NCBI GenBank assembly: GCA_965637545.1
Contig: OZ281496.1
Coordinates: forward strand, 27,900,001-27,964,000
Direction of reading: 5' to 3'
From: Phallusia mammillata
Lineage: Eukaryota
DNA length: 64,000 nt
The notes beneath the pieces are model-generated. The model saw nothing but the letters and a program-made list of their open reading frames with translations, did not search any database and was not told the DNA's origin. Made by a program: the position numbers and the translations under genes. Of the stretch, positions 62,319 to 64,000 are shown in pieces; position 1 is the stretch's first letter, and every line of letters starts with the position of its first letter.

Positions 62319-63579
62319 TTAAAAAAGCTGTGTTATTGGTCCTTCCTTGTAAAACTTAAGTGCCCTGACTCGCTGAAGACAATAATATATAGCACAGCCA
62401 GAAAACAAACACGACTCTCCAGCAATACGTGCCCAATTTATCGTTCCTTTTAGCGAATTGATCGATTCGAATATGATCGACTCGCAAACAATTAATGCCA
62501 ATTCAGCAAGCTTCCAATAGCTGCAACAAACTTTATTATATTTTTTTCTTCTAATACAAAACATTGTGGTTTAACGTATTATAAGTTCTATTTGCAATCA
62601 TTAGCGAGGTTCAGATATTGCCAACGCACGACATTTTCTGAAAATCATTATAACGCTATAGCGCATCACCTAGACATAACTGATAAGCACAGGCTTACTA
62701 GGTCATTTGATCTAGTGGCCGAATATGATTTTTACTACCATAGATTGACTTTCTTAACGATTGTTACAGTAGGCTGCAATGTTGTACGATTCACCTCGAT
62801 CTCCGGACGGTTCCATTCGAGTATTTATACCTTCCTGTTGACTTCGTCTTTTTACGGCCCCGCCGATAATGATGAAGTCATAGCGCAAACAAACAACAAG
62901 GGTATAAGCTTTTATTGAAAACTACATGTAGCCTAGCTAGGCCTACTCTTAAACGTAGAAAAAATTGTCAAAATTGTGATTCATAATATTCAGACACATT
63001 TTTTCTGTTTATGGTATGTTCAATTCGTTTGTTTTTGTTACAAATGATAATGTTTACAGGTTTATGGTACTTTTAACTCCTAGGTCCATTTTATTATCAC
63101 AAGAAAATTATTGGCTTTTGCCTCGACTTTTAGCAAAAGTCTGATTGTTTTAGGCTATATACCGTTTGACGTGCACATTTCGAAACGTACCCTTGACTTT
63201 GACACCATCACCTGATTACCAAATTGGCACACAATATTAATAGTGATTGGCAAAAAAGTCCGAAGGTCATTTTATAATCTGGATATGTTACAACTGCAGA
63301 CAAATTTATAGCGAAGCAAACATGCAGGTTTGTTAATCGTAAAACCCGCAGCGCTCAGGATTATTTGAAAATCACCTTGGTTACCAAATACGCAGCACCA
63401 CAGCGCGCTGCCTGTTCTGATCTAAAACAAGAATTTAGAAGCTTGTGTATTTATTTTTACGTGTTTCCCAGATTGGTTTGCAGTCAAAACTAGAAACAAA
63501 CATGCCTTTGGGTTATTTTGTTGTTTATTTGTGCAGTTTTAAGGTTGCAGGTGTTGAATTGTGTCTGTAATTGAAAATC

Positions 63580-63699
63580 ATGGGGTGTGCTTCATCGACG
63601 GCTGTTCAGGTACAGCCACGGTATCCATCTCAAACCGTAAATACTGTTAGAACTACAACACACCCACCGGTAGCAGTAACTGTAACACAACCAAATGTG
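63580..63699 (+). CDS. First coding exon of an unknown protein with an MGCxxS acylation signal; continues beyond the window
   Basis: AAAATCATGG start context; MGCASSTAVQVQPRYPSQTVNTVRTTTHPPVAVTVTQPNV; strong GTAAGA donor; upstream acceptor TTGCAG ending at 63550. Confidence 0.65.
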
Positions 63700-64000
63700 G
63701 TAAGATTGGATTAAAAACAGTCAATTGTACAAATAATTTGTTACCGTATGATAATAGCAATTAGCAATCAACCAATGCAATTTATTTTGAGCATTATTTT
63801 ATTAATTTCTGGTGAATTCATGATTAATCATACTTTTTCCAAACATGAAAACTTTTACTGACATTTATGTAATTGTACCTTGCAATTCTTTGGCAAATAT
63901 GCTCCTTCTTATAAGCCCTTTCCACCTATTTGATAATCAGATGTGTACTGGTTTTCAATGCATGAGACATTATTTTTTTTTCATTTCTGCTATTGTATTT

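Overview
AT-rich, intron-containing animal DNA. Short introns and gene content suggest an invertebrate chordate such as an ascidian (inference only). From left to right: a poorly resolved minus-strand secreted-protein gene; a six-exon gene fusing a CaRF-like (ALS2CR8) domain to a Ulp1/C48 SUMO-protease domain; FAIM; a candidate box C/D snoRNA; KANSL1; a type-I membrane protein with one calcium-binding EGF and a ~870-aa acidic mucin stalk; a tandem array of six three-exon PMP22/claudin-superfamily genes, one a pseudogene; and parts of two unknown genes. Introns hold many hAT-type MITEs with clear 8-bp TSDs and tRNA-derived SINEs. The most unusual signal is a set of short insertions carrying minimal type-I hammerhead ribozyme cores. 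They have asymmetric inverted arms and variable 6-14 bp TSDs, which points to Penelope-like or retrozyme-type retroposition. Several sit in intron 2 of the claudin-like genes, and one spans the 200-N assembly gap. Exon coordinates and alignments were read by eye, and protein similarities are recalled rather than searched.
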